Part shown: positions 21,115 to 30,917 of the stretch, piece by piece
Layout: the number at the start of each line of letters is the position of its first letter
How positions within the stretch are numbered: position 1 is the stretch's first letter
The notes under the pieces: model-generated
The model's database searches: none
What the model was told of the DNA's origin: nothing
Seen by the model: the letters and a program-made list of their open reading frames with translations, nothing else
Program-made: the position numbers and the translations under genes
Origin: Spirochaetia bacterium
Lineage (GTDB): Bacteria > Spirochaetota > Spirochaetia > SZUA-6 > Bin103
DNA: 64,000 nucleotides
Assembly: GCA_965208575.1 (NCBI GenBank)
Contig: CBDBOV010000004.1
Span: forward strand, 64,001-128,000
Direction: 5' to 3'

Positions 21115-21717
21115 ATGGTCGGTATCTACTCGGCGATTCGCCAGGATACGGCCGCCGACTACCTGGGGCGCTCGGTCGCCATCATCGGCCTGGCCACGCC
21201 CAACTTCTGGCTCGGCATCATGGTCATGATCTACCCAGCCGTCTGGTGGGGCTGGGCGCCGCCGCTGGAGCTGGTTTCCTTCACCGAAGACCCGCTGGGG
21301 AATCTGGCGGTGTTCATCGTTCCCAGCCTGATTCTGGGCACGGCCGCGGCGGCCGCCACCATGCGGATGACGCGCACCATGATGCTGGAGGTGCTCAGGC
21401 AGGACTATATCCGCACCGCCTGGTCCAAGGGCCTGAAGGAGCTGGCCGTGGTGATCCGGCATGCCGTCCAGAATGCCCTTATCCCGGTGGTGTCCCTGGT
21501 CGGCCTGCAGTTGCCGATTCTGGTGGGGGGCGCCGTGATCATGGAGAACATCTTCAACCTGCCGGGGCTTGGCCGTCTCTTGCTGGATGCCCTCATTGAC
21601 CGAGACTACCCGATGGTCTCCGGCATCAACCTGTTCTTCGCCACCGGGGTGGTGGTGACCAACCTGCTCATCGACCTGGTCTACGCGGTCCTCGACCCGC
21701 GGATCCGTTATGAGTGA
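21115..21717 (+). pseudogene. 5'-truncated duplicate of the DppB-type permease
   Basis: Starts at VGIYSAIRQD, matching about 17625 onward of the full copy; the N-terminal 130 aa or so are missing. Confidence 0.85.
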
Positions 21718-22585
21718 CTTCTTTGTCAGGCTGGTCAAGGAGAAGCCGCTGAGCATCATCGCCGGGGTCGTCATCCTGCTGTTGATCCTGGTGGCGATCT
21801 TTGCCGACGTGCTGGCGCCTTACCCGCACGACGAAGTCAACATCGTGGACCGGATGCAGCCGCCCTCCAACCGGTACCTGTTGGGGACCGACCAGTTGGG
21901 GCGCGACCTGCTGAGCCGCCTCGTGTTCGGGGCCCGGATATCGCTGACCGTCGGTCTGGCGGCGACCACCGTCAACGTTGTGGTGGCGGTGCTGATCGGC
22001 GGCATCTCGGGATTCTTCGGCGGTCGACTGGACCTGGCGATGCAGCGCTTCGTCGACGCCTGGATGGCGTTCCCGGGGCTGCTGCTGTTGCTCACCATCA
22101 TGTCGCTGGTGGGGCGGGGGTTGCCGCAGATCATCGTGGTGCTGGGGGTGACGGGCGGCATCGGCGGTTCGCGAGTGGTCCGCGGCGCGGTGATCGGGGT
22201 AAAGGAGAATGCCTACTTTCAGGCGGCCGAGGCGATCGGCGGCACCCGGTGGCGAACCCTCATCCACCACGTCCTGCCCAACATCGCCGCCCCGGTGATC
22301 ATCATCTTCACCATCAACGTGGGCGGCGTGATCATCAGCGAGGCTGCGCTGAGCTTCCTGGGGTTCGGACTGCCGATCTCGGTGCCGAGCTGGGGCGGGA
22401 TGCTGAGCCGGGAAGGGCGCGAGTTCATGGAGGTGGCGCCGCGGCTGGCGCTGTGGCCGGGGCTGTGCCTGACGGTTGTCGTGTACTGCCTGAACATGTT
22501 CGGCGACGCGGTGCGCGACCTGCTCGACCCGCGGCTCCGGGGCGGCGGCGGCCGTCTGAGTGCCGATGCCGCGAGGTCGGTATAA
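21710..22585 (+). CDS. ABC transporter permease DppC type, near-identical duplicate of 18217-19092
   Basis: Protein differs at about one internal residue and in the last few residues. Confidence 0.92.
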   Translation: MSDFFVRLVKEKPLSIIAGVVILLLILVAIFADVLAPYPHDEVNIVDRMQPPSNRYLLGTDQLGRDLLSRLVFGARISLTVGLAATTVNVVVAVLIGGISGFFGGRLDLAMQRFVDAWMAFPGLLLLLTIMSLVGRGLPQIIVVLGVTGGIGGSRVVRGAVIGVKENAYFQAAEAIGGTRWRTLIHHVLPNIAAPVIIIFTINVGGVIISEAALSFLGFGLPISVPSWGGMLSREGREFMEVAPRLALWPGLCLTVVVYCLNMFGDAVRDLLDPRLRGGGGRLSADAARSV

Positions 22586-22647
22586 TTCAGTAGAGCCCGC
22601 ACGACGCCCGGCCGTGGGGCCATGCGCGGCCGTCGCAAGCGGCGGCG

Positions 22648-23886
22648 CTACCACGCGGTCAGCAGGAACTCGCGGATATGGAGGTGGCGGATGCCCTTGT
22701 GGCCGGCGCCGGTCACGGGATCCATCGAAACGACCATCTTGGGGTAGTTGTCCGGGATCTCGAGCAGGTTGCCGAACTCGCGCTTGTGGGTCGCCTCGTC
22801 GGCGAGAATGTAGGCGACCTGGACGTACAGGGTCTCCTCCAGACGTGTTGCCACGAAGTCGATTTCGCGGCGGTCGAGGCGGCCGGTGGACACCTGCCAG
22901 CCGCACACGCGCAGGTGATGGTAGACCAGGTTCTCAAGCACCTTCCCGATGTCTTGCTGAACGAACGGCTTCACGGCGTGGCGCAGCCCCAGATCCTCGA
23001 AGTAATACTTCTCACCGATCTCGAAGATGCGCCGCCCGACCACGTCCGCCCGGTGGACCTTGGCAAGGAAGCAGGCGTGGCACAGGTGCGCCAGGTATTC
23101 CAGCACGGCATTGGGCGAAATCCGTACGCGCTGCGACTTCAGGTAGTCGCTGATCCGCTTGGCGGTAACCACGCTGCCGACGCTGTCGGCCAGAAATCGG
23201 ACCAGCCGCTCCAGGAAGTCGATGTTGCGAATTCGGTACCGGGCAACGACATCCTTGAACAGAATCACATTATAGAGGTTGCCGAGATACTCGTAGACGA
23301 CGCGGTCGGTCAGTTCCAGGTCCACCAGGTGGGGGAGGCCCCCGTAGCGCATATAGCGCCGCAACGCATCATCGTTCTCTTCGAGCCGATGAAACGCGAG
23401 AAACTCACGGTAGGACAGGCCTTGCACCGGTACTTCGACGGCGCGTCCGGCCAGCAGCGTGGCGATGTCGCCGGACAGCATCTCGGCGTTGCTGCCGGTG
23501 CAGTAGATATCGAACCGTTTCTCCGCCGCCAGGCTGCGCAGTGCACGCGGCCAGTCGTCGATTTCCTGCACCTCGTCGATCAGGATGCATCCCCGGCGGG
23601 CCGATCCGAGATCCCTTGCGGTGCGGTCGAGAAGATCGGCGCGGGTCCGGATGTCGTCGAAAGCGGCCAGTTCCTTGTTGATATACAGAATGGGACACGC
23701 GGGGTCGCGCTTCCTGATCATGTCCACGACGTGGTAGAGCAGGTAGCTCTTGCCAACCCGCCGCTGGCCGACCAGCACCTTGATCACGTCCTTGCCTACC
23801 AGCGGATCGAGCCGCTCGACGTAGACCGAACGGGTAATGTAGCTCGGTATCTCGATTCTTCGCACGTCCCAGCCCTGAAGTTTCAT
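22648..23886 (-). CDS. AAA_14 family ATP-binding protein with DUF4143/PD-(D/E)XK-like C-terminus
   Basis: GQRRVGKS, ILIDEVQ, YCTGSN, KYYFEDLG and REIDFVA...YVQV. Confidence 0.9.
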   Translation of the reverse strand: MKLQGWDVRRIEIPSYITRSVYVERLDPLVGKDVIKVLVGQRRVGKSYLLYHVVDMIRKRDPACPILYINKELAAFDDIRTRADLLDRTARDLGSARRGCILIDEVQEIDDWPRALRSLAAEKRFDIYCTGSNAEMLSGDIATLLAGRAVEVPVQGLSYREFLAFHRLEENDDALRRYMRYGGLPHLVDLELTDRVVYEYLGNLYNVILFKDVVARYRIRNIDFLERLVRFLADSVGSVVTAKRISDYLKSQRVRISPNAVLEYLAHLCHACFLAKVHRADVVGRRIFEIGEKYYFEDLGLRHAVKPFVQQDIGKVLENLVYHHLRVCGWQVSTGRLDRREIDFVATRLEETLYVQVAYILADEATHKREFGNLLEIPDNYPKMVVSMDPVTGAGHKGIRHLHIREFLLTAW

Positions 23887-23951
23887 TATACCTGACAGAA
23901 TTGCAAAAAGATTGTCAAATAATCGTCATAATTAAATGTTATGCTCGCGTC

Positions 23952-26639
23952 ATGCCCACGCCTCCATCGGACCGTTTCCAGGCCCTGTCGCTGGACGAAG
24001 CATGCAACGCCGACCGCGCCTCGCTGCCCGATGACCTCGCCCCGCCGGCCGCCCTGGAGCGTGCCTTCGGCGCCCAGGCGTTGCGCGGCATGCCGTTCCT
24101 GCTCGGTTCGCCCGGCGCCGCCAACGTCGTGCTGGTGGCCGGCGAGCCGGCGACCATCGCTGCCGGAGGGCTGACCGCGCGCTACCTGGTCTTCGTGCAC
24201 TACGTGGCCGACCGGCCATCCAACTATCTGCCCGGCTTCGCCGACACCGATCGCGACGGTAACGACCTGGGCGATCACGTGGCGGACTACGTGCTGCACT
24301 ACGCCGACGGTTCCGAGCACATGCACCCGATCCGGCGCCGGTTTGCGATCCAGCAGGCGCGCGTCGGCTGGGGCGCCAGCCCGTTTGCCGCGGTGCCGCT
24401 GCTGGCCGACCAGGTGACGGCGTCGGCTGCCGAGGATCAGGCGGCGGGGCGCAGCCCGGCGGCATCGTACGGCCGCGGCGAGACCCGGCACGGTTCCGGG
24501 CGCGACGCCGGCCCGGGCGGCTGGCTGTACGCGCTGCCCAACCCGCATCCTGACCGGGCCATCGACGCGGTGGAGCTGCGGCCAGCGGGCGAGCCGTGCG
24601 TGGTGTACGGCATCGCCGCCACCGAGCTGACCGATCACCCGTTGCGCCCCGGCACCCGCCGCAAGCTGGTCGTGGACCTGGCGCCGGGAATGAGCTTCAA
24701 CGCCGCCGGCGAGGTGGAAGGCGTGGACATCGACCTTGGCACGGTGATCTCTGCCCGCCGCGCGTTCGACTACGACGCCGCGGAGTGGCGCTCCGGCCCT
24801 GCCAACGTGCAGCCGGCCCTCTCCGCCACCCGCGCGCTGGTGGAATACGCCGCCCATCCCGCCGCCCGGCTGTACCTGGGAGACCGAGCCGTTCCGTTGC
24901 CGGTCGAGGCGGCGGAGGCGTTCGGCACGGACCTGCCCGGCGAGGTGTCAAAGCCGTCCGGCGAGGTGTCAAAGCCGTCCGGCGAGGTGTCAAAGCCGTC
25001 CGGCGAGGTGTCAAAGCCGTCCGGCGAAGTCTCGGAGGCGTCGGGCGAGTCGGGAGCGTCGTACCTGTCAGCGGTCGTGGCTGCCGAGCGCCCGGTAAAG
25101 ATCACCGTCACCGAGCGCGGCTCGCCGCAGCCGGTGGCGGTGCGCCTGCACCTGCACGGTGCCGCCGGCGAGTACCTGCCGCCCAAGGGCAACCACCGCA
25201 CGGTCAACGGCAACTGGTTCGAGGACAACTACGGCGAGTTCGTCAACGGCCTCAACCAGTATGCCTACATACCGGGCGAGTGCGTGGCCGACCTGCCGCT
25301 CGGCGACGTGTACGTGGAGATCAGCCGCGGCTACGAGGTACGCCCGCTGCGCACCCGGGTCACCGTTACCCCGCGGACCGAGGAGCTGACCTTCGAGTTG
25401 GAGCGGGTGCTGCGCTGGCGCGAGCGCGGCTGGGTGACCGCCGACACCCACGTCCACTTCCTCAGCCCGCAGACCGCCTTGCTGGAGGGCGCCGCCGAGG
25501 GGGTGAACGTGGTCAACCTGCTGGCCAGCCAGTGGGGTGAGATGTTCAGCAACGTCTCCGACTTCGACGGCGCCACCACCCTGGGAGCGCGCGACTTCGG
25601 CGGCAGCGGCGAGTTCCTGGTGCGGGTGGGTACCGAGAACCGCATGCAGGTGCTCGGCCACATCTCCCTGCTCGGCTACGCCGGCGCCATGATCCACCCA
25701 CTGTGCACGGGCGGGCCGTCTGAGTCGGCGATCGGCGACCCGCAGGAGGTGACCATGGCCGACTGGGCCACCCGCTGCCTGCAGCAGGGCGGGCTGGTGG
25801 TGATGCCGCACGCGCCCAACCCGCAGTGCGAGCGCGCCGCCGACATCGTGCTCGGCGTGGTGGACGCGATGGAGATGATGACCTTCAACCCGTGCGACTG
25901 GCAGCTCAACCCGTACGGCATCGCCGACTGGTACCGTTACCTCAACCTCGGCTACCGCCTGCCGGTGGTGGGCGGCTCCGACAAGATGGCGGCCGCCTCC
26001 CAGTTGGGCGGCGTGCGCACCTACACCCAGCTCGGCGAGCTCGAGTTCACCTACGACAACTGGATGGCGGCGCTGCGCGCGGGCAACACCTTCGTCACCG
26101 TGGGGCCGCTCGCCGAGCTGACCGTGGAGGGCAGGGCGCCCGGCGCCACCGTGGACCTGCCTCCCGGCGGCGGCACGGTCAACGTGGAATGGCGCGTGGA
26201 GTCGGTCAGCGTGCCGATCTCGAAGGTGGAAGTGATCTTCGGCGGCGTGGTGGCGGAAGAGGTCGGCGGCGGCGCGCTGTCCCTCTCGGGCAGTGCATCC
26301 GTGCGCGTCGAGCATTCCTCCTGGCTCGCCCTGCGCGTGCGCGGCAGCTACCGCGACGAGCACCCGCAGGACATCGCCGCCCACACCAGCGCGGTGCAGG
26401 TCAGGGTAGGAGGTGCACGCCCGTTCTCGGCCCCCGACGCCGGTTTGATACTCGACCAGATCGAGGGTGCCCTGGCCTACGTCGACACCATCGCCCCACG
26501 CCCCGACGCCCAGCGCTACCGCCAGCTCCGCGCCACCCTCGAGCGCGCCTGGAACCGCCTCCACCAGACCATGCACCGCCACGGCGTGTTCCACCAGCAC
26601 ACCCCATTGCACGACCACGCCTCCCACCACGAGCATTGA
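23952..26639 (+). CDS. CehA/McbA-family (PHP-like) metallohydrolase
   Basis: GWVTADTHVHF, WYRYLNLGYRLPVVGGSD and AAHTSAV; His-rich tail. Confidence 0.8.
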   Translation: MPTPPSDRFQALSLDEACNADRASLPDDLAPPAALERAFGAQALRGMPFLLGSPGAANVVLVAGEPATIAAGGLTARYLVFVHYVADRPSNYLPGFADTDRDGNDLGDHVADYVLHYADGSEHMHPIRRRFAIQQARVGWGASPFAAVPLLADQVTASAAEDQAAGRSPAASYGRGETRHGSGRDAGPGGWLYALPNPHPDRAIDAVELRPAGEPCVVYGIAATELTDHPLRPGTRRKLVVDLAPGMSFNAAGEVEGVDIDLGTVISARRAFDYDAAEWRSGPANVQPALSATRALVEYAAHPAARLYLGDRAVPLPVEAAEAFGTDLPGEVSKPSGEVSKPSGEVSKPSGEVSKPSGEVSEASGESGASYLSAVVAAERPVKITVTERGSPQPVAVRLHLHGAAGEYLPPKGNHRTVNGNWFEDNYGEFVNGLNQYAYIPGECVADLPLGDVYVEISRGYEVRPLRTRVTVTPRTEELTFELERVLRWRERGWVTADTHVHFLSPQTALLEGAAEGVNVVNLLASQWGEMFSNVSDFDGATTLGARDFGGSGEFLVRVGTENRMQVLGHISLLGYAGAMIHPLCTGGPSESAIGDPQEVTMADWATRCLQQGGLVVMPHAPNPQCERAADIVLGVVDAMEMMTFNPCDWQLNPYGIADWYRYLNLGYRLPVVGGSDKMAAASQLGGVRTYTQLGELEFTYDNWMAALRAGNTFVTVGPLAELTVEGRAPGATVDLPPGGGTVNVEWRVESVSVPISKVEVIFGGVVAEEVGGGALSLSGSASVRVEHSSWLALRVRGSYRDEHPQDIAAHTSAVQVRVGGARPFSAPDAGLILDQIEGALAYVDTIAPRPDAQRYRQLRATLERAWNRLHQTMHRHGVFHQHTPLHDHASHHEH
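24937..25041 (+). repeat. In-frame 21-bp tandem repeat (4 perfect + 1 degenerate) encoding (GEVSKPS)n
   Basis: ccggcgaggtgtcaaagccgt x4, then ccggcgaagtctcggaggcgt. Confidence 0.95.
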
Positions 26640-26714
26640 CGCATGGTCGACGCATGGTCATTGTGGCACGCGATGTGGTCGTGAGGTTACAGTTGTGAAA
26701 CGAGGGAGAGCGTG

Positions 26715-27555
26715 ATGGGATTCTGGAAGGACGTCTACCGTTTGCGAGCGGAAGGTGCGATTCCTCGGATATGGAAGCGCTCAGACCTTAAGGAAAGACT
26801 GAACTACGCGTCGAATACCATCGGCACCGAGCCGTCGAATTTTAGTTTAGAACGGGATGGACCGGGAATCGGTTATTTGGTGATGAAGGGTAGTGAGCCA
26901 AGGGCTTGGCGTCTCGGAGGTGGCAGCTTTGTGCTCATTGAAGATCCGGGCGATGACGAAGAAACGAGGCACGCAAGCCGAGTATGCGCGAACGAGCTCG
27001 CTCGCGATCTGAGGAACCGCAGAAAACAGGTTCAGAGGGATCCTGACGATCTCAATGCGCCGCCACATCCGATCAGGATCTGCCTAACCGAGGCTGAGTG
27101 TCGTTCCATCAAGGAACTCCGTACTACTGAGAAGAAGGCAGACTGGTTGGTTCGAAAACTTCTTCGAGAGAAATATGGTGCTTCAGCGAGCATCGAGGAA
27201 GATCGCAACGGCGCCGATATCAGGGTTTCGCTTGGGGGCAGGACAGAGACGATTGAGATAAAGGGCACCAGGAGCGCCGGGATTGCGTTGGCTCAGTTGA
27301 AGGTCTCTAGCCGACGGTCTCACCATCTGCTGACGACCAGGAGAGCACGGATGTATCGGGTAGTGGATGTCAACAGCGCCGCTCCGCGCATATATCCTCG
27401 AACACGGAGTACACTACCGGCTGGATCCCGAACCTCGTTGGGCGGCAAAGTCGGTGTCGAGGCGGGCGAACAAGTATCCCCTGCGGGGTGCTCGCTATCG
27501 CCTTGTTCGTCCCTTCGATCCCGTTGCCGAGGATGAATGGGCTGTTGGCAAGTGA
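26715..27555 (+). pseudogene. Frameshifted DUF3883/NOV-C-like PD-(D/E)XK nuclease with an antitoxin-like C-terminal tail
   Basis: GADIRV...TIEIKGT motif. The frame switches at ATATAT (27390-27395) to ILEHGVHYRLDPEPRWA...YPLRGARYRLVRPFDPVAEDEWAVGK, whose TGA overlaps the VapC GTG. Confidence 0.6.
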
Positions 27556-27944
27556 TCGTGGTCGACGCGCACGTATGGGTGTGGTGGACGCTCGACACTG
27601 AACGGTTGAGTGTTGCCCAGCGTGACGCCATCAGCCGCAATGAAGACGATCTGATCGGTGTAAGCGCCATCTCCTGTTGGGAGGTGGCGAAACTGCATGA
27701 GTATGGAAGAATCGAGCTTCCCGCTGAACTGCCGGAATGGGTCTCTACGGCGCTTGCCTATCCGGGAGTGACACTCTTGGAGTTGACGCCGGAGGTCGCC
27801 ATCGAGTCGACTCGCCTTCCGGGATCGTTTCATCGCGACCCGGCCGATCAGATCATCGTCGCAACCGCTCGAATACACGATTGCGATCTGGTCACTTCGG
27901 ACGACAAGATCGTAGAGTACCCGCACGTCCGGACTGTTTTATAG
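27552..27944 (+). CDS. vapC: PIN-domain toxin (VapC family)
   Basis: MIVVDAHVWVWW, VSAISCWEV, HRDPADQIIVATA and LVTSD. Confidence 0.92.
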   Translation: MIVVDAHVWVWWTLDTERLSVAQRDAISRNEDDLIGVSAISCWEVAKLHEYGRIELPAELPEWVSTALAYPGVTLLELTPEVAIESTRLPGSFHRDPADQIIVATARIHDCDLVTSDDKIVEYPHVRTVL

Positions 27945-27950
27945 GTGTGC

Positions 27951-28065
27951 ATGCGTTGAGGCAGAAGATTCTGGTGCTGTTCCTGCACAGCTCCGACCTC
28001 AACAGCCGGGTAGTGGCTTGGTCGCTGTACGACGGCACCGCCGCGCGGGAGGATACGTCGGCTAC
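27951..28065 (+). pseudogene. 5' fragment of a small hypothetical protein
   Basis: RQKILVLFLHSSDLNSRVVAWSLYDGT looks like a coding N-terminus, then degenerates. Confidence 0.35.
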
Positions 28066-28167
28066 TTCCTGGGCGCCTGGAGAACCAACCCGCCACCGGC
28101 ACCGCGTCAACCTTCACCAGCGTTAGCTGACCGTATCTTGCCCTCCCATGGGTGGATCACCGCCACA

Positions 28168-28440
28168 TCAGGAATCTTCGATGAACGGGATCAACCGCGC
28201 CGGTTCGCGACGATCCGGAGCCTTGAGGTTCGCGCCGTGAGGTATGTTTTCGACCAACCAGCGGCCCATGGGTTCGGCTGGTTTCGACTTGGCATTCCAG
28301 AGCTCGGCAGGCACGACCACAAACGATTTCCTCACGCCGATACGCTGAGGGCCCTCTTCTTCGTAGCGGCGCAGTAGCTCGGACAACCGGGCCTTTGCGT
28401 CGGCAACCGTCCAGATGTGGCTCGCAGGGCGATGGTTCAC
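28168..28440 (-). CDS. Phd/YefM-like antitoxin (orphan)
   Basis: WTVADAKARLSELLRR..EEGPQRIG..KSFVVVP; GGAGG upstream of GTG 28440. Confidence 0.8.
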   Translation of the reverse strand: MNHRPASHIWTVADAKARLSELLRRYEEEGPQRIGVRKSFVVVPAELWNAKSKPAEPMGRWLVENIPHGANLKAPDRREPARLIPFIEDS

Positions 28441-28503
28441 GGGCTTCTTCAACCTCCAATGTAGTCCATCATGGACCATATTATGCATGCAAGCAGCGTT
28501 GGC

Positions 28504-29941
28504 GGGTGCGAACGCCGAAAGCGGTAGCAAATCATTGACTCTGAGGCGGAAAAAAGGTCTACCTACCCCACGACACCACACCATGGGGAGGTAGACCATG
28601 AATACGGAAGGACTTATAACGGCCGCCGAGGGCCTTGTCAAGGAGTTGCAAGGGCGCATCAACGGCGGCCGGATGGATCTCCAGGAGGCGGAAGCCAAGA
28701 TCCTTGAGATGGTGAACTGGATCGGCGACGAGATGGTGCAGGAAGTGGTAGCCGGACTCGCGGAGCCGACATCCGCCAACCAGATCACGGTTGGCGGTGA
28801 GGTGGCAGTGTTCGAGCGGGTGCGTAACCTGCGGTTCATCAACCGCTTCGGCGAAGAAGTGGTGCACCCGCGGCGCTGCTACCGGTACCGGCACCGGAGC
28901 GGAGGCGTGGCGCCGCTGGATGTGAAGCTGGGGATCGACGGGTGCTTCGGATTCTCACCGCTGATGACGTACCTGATCTGCATGCTGGGCGCGGATGAGT
29001 CGTATGCCGGTGCAGCGGCAAAACTGGAGGCGATGCTCGGGTTCAAGGTGAGCTCGACGGCGGTGCAGCGCACTACCGAGAAGACGGGAGAGCGGATACC
29101 CGATACCCCCGACGATCTAATTGATGAGCAGCGTCAGCGGCAGCCATGTTCCCTGATGGTGGTCGAGGTAGACGGAACGACGAGCCCGCAGATCACGGAG
29201 CAGGAAGGGATTACTGGTCTTGCCAGCCTCCGGGCGCCGACCTGTTACAAGGAGTGCAACCTGATAGTCATCGAGAAGCACGATGATGGCAAGGTGATCG
29301 ACCGCTGGACCGGAGGACGCTATGGACCACGCGGTGAGTTTGCCGGCTACGCCGAGCAGGCTGGACTGCGAATGGGCTTCCTGGACGCTCCACGAACGCT
29401 GTTCCTCGGTGATGGTGCACACCACAACTGGGAACTGCAGCAGACCCACTTCCCCGGCGCGATACCGATCCTGGACTACTACCACGCGGCTGAGCACCTC
29501 GCCGATTACTGCAAGCTGCTGTCTGCTACGCTACGCGATGCCGTCGAGCGCAGCTTGTCCACGATGATGTGGGAAGGCGAGGTGCTGCAGATGATCCACG
29601 AGATGAAGCGTTCACTGTCGAAGGTCACCGATACTGACGAAGCGTGGAAGCAGATCAACTACTTCACGAACAACCAGGACCGTATGGACTATGCCCGTTA
29701 CCGCGATCTCGGGTGGCCGATCGGCAGTGGCTTGGTCGAAGGGCAGTGCAAATTGGTTGTCGGTCGACGCTTCAAGGGCAACGGGATGAGATGGCGACCG
29801 CACGACAACCGCTGCGTGCTACGCACCCGTCTGGCTCTGCTCAACGGCGACCTCAAGCGCTATTTCAGTCCTCCTGACGACTGCGAGATCAAAGCGGCCT
29901 GATCGTGTCAACCCCTGTTACCGCTTTTGGCATTGGCACCC
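28504..29941 (+). mobile_element. Complete ISKra4-type insertion sequence
   Basis: Imperfect IRs gggtgcgaacgccgaaagcggtagc / gggtgccaatgccaaaagcggtaac; 9-bp direct repeat AGCGTTGGC at 28495-28503 and 29942-29950. Confidence 0.9.
28598..29902 (+). CDS. ISKra4-family (UPF0236) DDE transposase
   Basis: VEVDG, FLGDGA..NW, ILDYYHA and RMDY..YR..GWPIGSGLVEGQCK..RFKGNGMRW. Confidence 0.9.
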   Translation: MNTEGLITAAEGLVKELQGRINGGRMDLQEAEAKILEMVNWIGDEMVQEVVAGLAEPTSANQITVGGEVAVFERVRNLRFINRFGEEVVHPRRCYRYRHRSGGVAPLDVKLGIDGCFGFSPLMTYLICMLGADESYAGAAAKLEAMLGFKVSSTAVQRTTEKTGERIPDTPDDLIDEQRQRQPCSLMVVEVDGTTSPQITEQEGITGLASLRAPTCYKECNLIVIEKHDDGKVIDRWTGGRYGPRGEFAGYAEQAGLRMGFLDAPRTLFLGDGAHHNWELQQTHFPGAIPILDYYHAAEHLADYCKLLSATLRDAVERSLSTMMWEGEVLQMIHEMKRSLSKVTDTDEAWKQINYFTNNQDRMDYARYRDLGWPIGSGLVEGQCKLVVGRRFKGNGMRWRPHDNRCVLRTRLALLNGDLKRYFSPPDDCEIKAA

Positions 29942-29959
29942 AGCGTTGGCCACGAAGGG

Positions 29960-30767
29960 TCAGAGGCCGAGGCGTTGGTATTGGCAGTCGGGGGCTTCGA
30001 CGGCGGCGAGATGGTCGCGCAGGAAGGTGGCCATGCGCTCCTCCAGGGCGGGGTCGCGGAGCGCGTGCTGTTGGCCGGGGTCGGTTTCGCCGTCGAACAG
30101 CAGGTTGAAGTCGGGGGCGTCCAGCGCCGCCTCCGAGGGTTGCCGCCAGCGTAGCTGCGCGTAGCCACGTTGGCTCGGGTACCTGAGAAAGTAGCCGTAT
30201 TCCACGTCCGGCCGGTTCACCGCCAGGAAGTCCTGGCTGCCGCGCGGCATCATCGTGTGATGGTGCACCCAGCTCTCGGGCAGTGCCTGCCGGAAGTATC
30301 GGTAATGGCCGTCGGTCAGGCACACGTCCTTGCCGAAGCCGCCGTACAGCACCGCCTCGTGGTGGTCGGCGTCGGCGGCCAGGAGGTGGCACAGCGAGCG
30401 GCCCTGCACCTGTGCCGGCGTCGCCATGCCGTGCAGCTCCAGGAAGGTGGGCATCAGGTCGATGGTGGTGGTCAGGGCGTGCCGTACCCGGCGCCCGCCG
30501 GCGGCGCCCGGCGCGCACACGATCAACGGGATGTGCGCCAGTTCATCGTACAGCGCCATCTGCATCTTGCCCCAGTAGCCGCGCTCGCCGAGGATGTGGC
30601 CGTGGTCGGTGGTCAGCACCACCACGGTGTCGTCCCACATGCCGTGCTCGTCCAGCTTGTCGAGCAGCTTGCCGAGCCAGTGGTCGGCCATGGTCAGCGC
30701 GCCGCCGTAGCAGGCGCGGATGTGGCGCACCGTCTGCTCGTCGTCCAACTCCGGGTCGAGGCGCCCG
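29960..30767 (-). pseudogene. Sulfatase, C-terminal part (interrupted by the transposon at 30768-34927)
   Basis: YGRLDPE...DHWLGKLLD, VVVLTTDHG, HIPLIV, TIDLMPT and LFD..TDPGQ. Confidence 0.9.
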
Positions 30768-30917
30768 TAACCACGGGCACGAAATTCGAGGTGGTTGACC
30801 GAGGAATCTGGGCACGGTAGGAGCTGGGAAAAAGAAAAGCCCCTCCGGGAGCTTGCAAAGAAGCCCCGGAGGGTGCCTCCTTCTCTGTGGAAAACAAACG
30901 GAGAGGAGGTGGCACCT

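Noticed and set aside
24937-25041. Possible CRISPR array
   Set aside because: Contiguous repeats without spacers, in frame within a CDS; no cas genes. No CRISPR array was seen in the window.
26638-26659. Tandem 11-bp repeat GACGCATGGTC at the edge of the nuclease/TA cassette
   Set aside because: Could be an excision footprint, but it is too short to support on its own.
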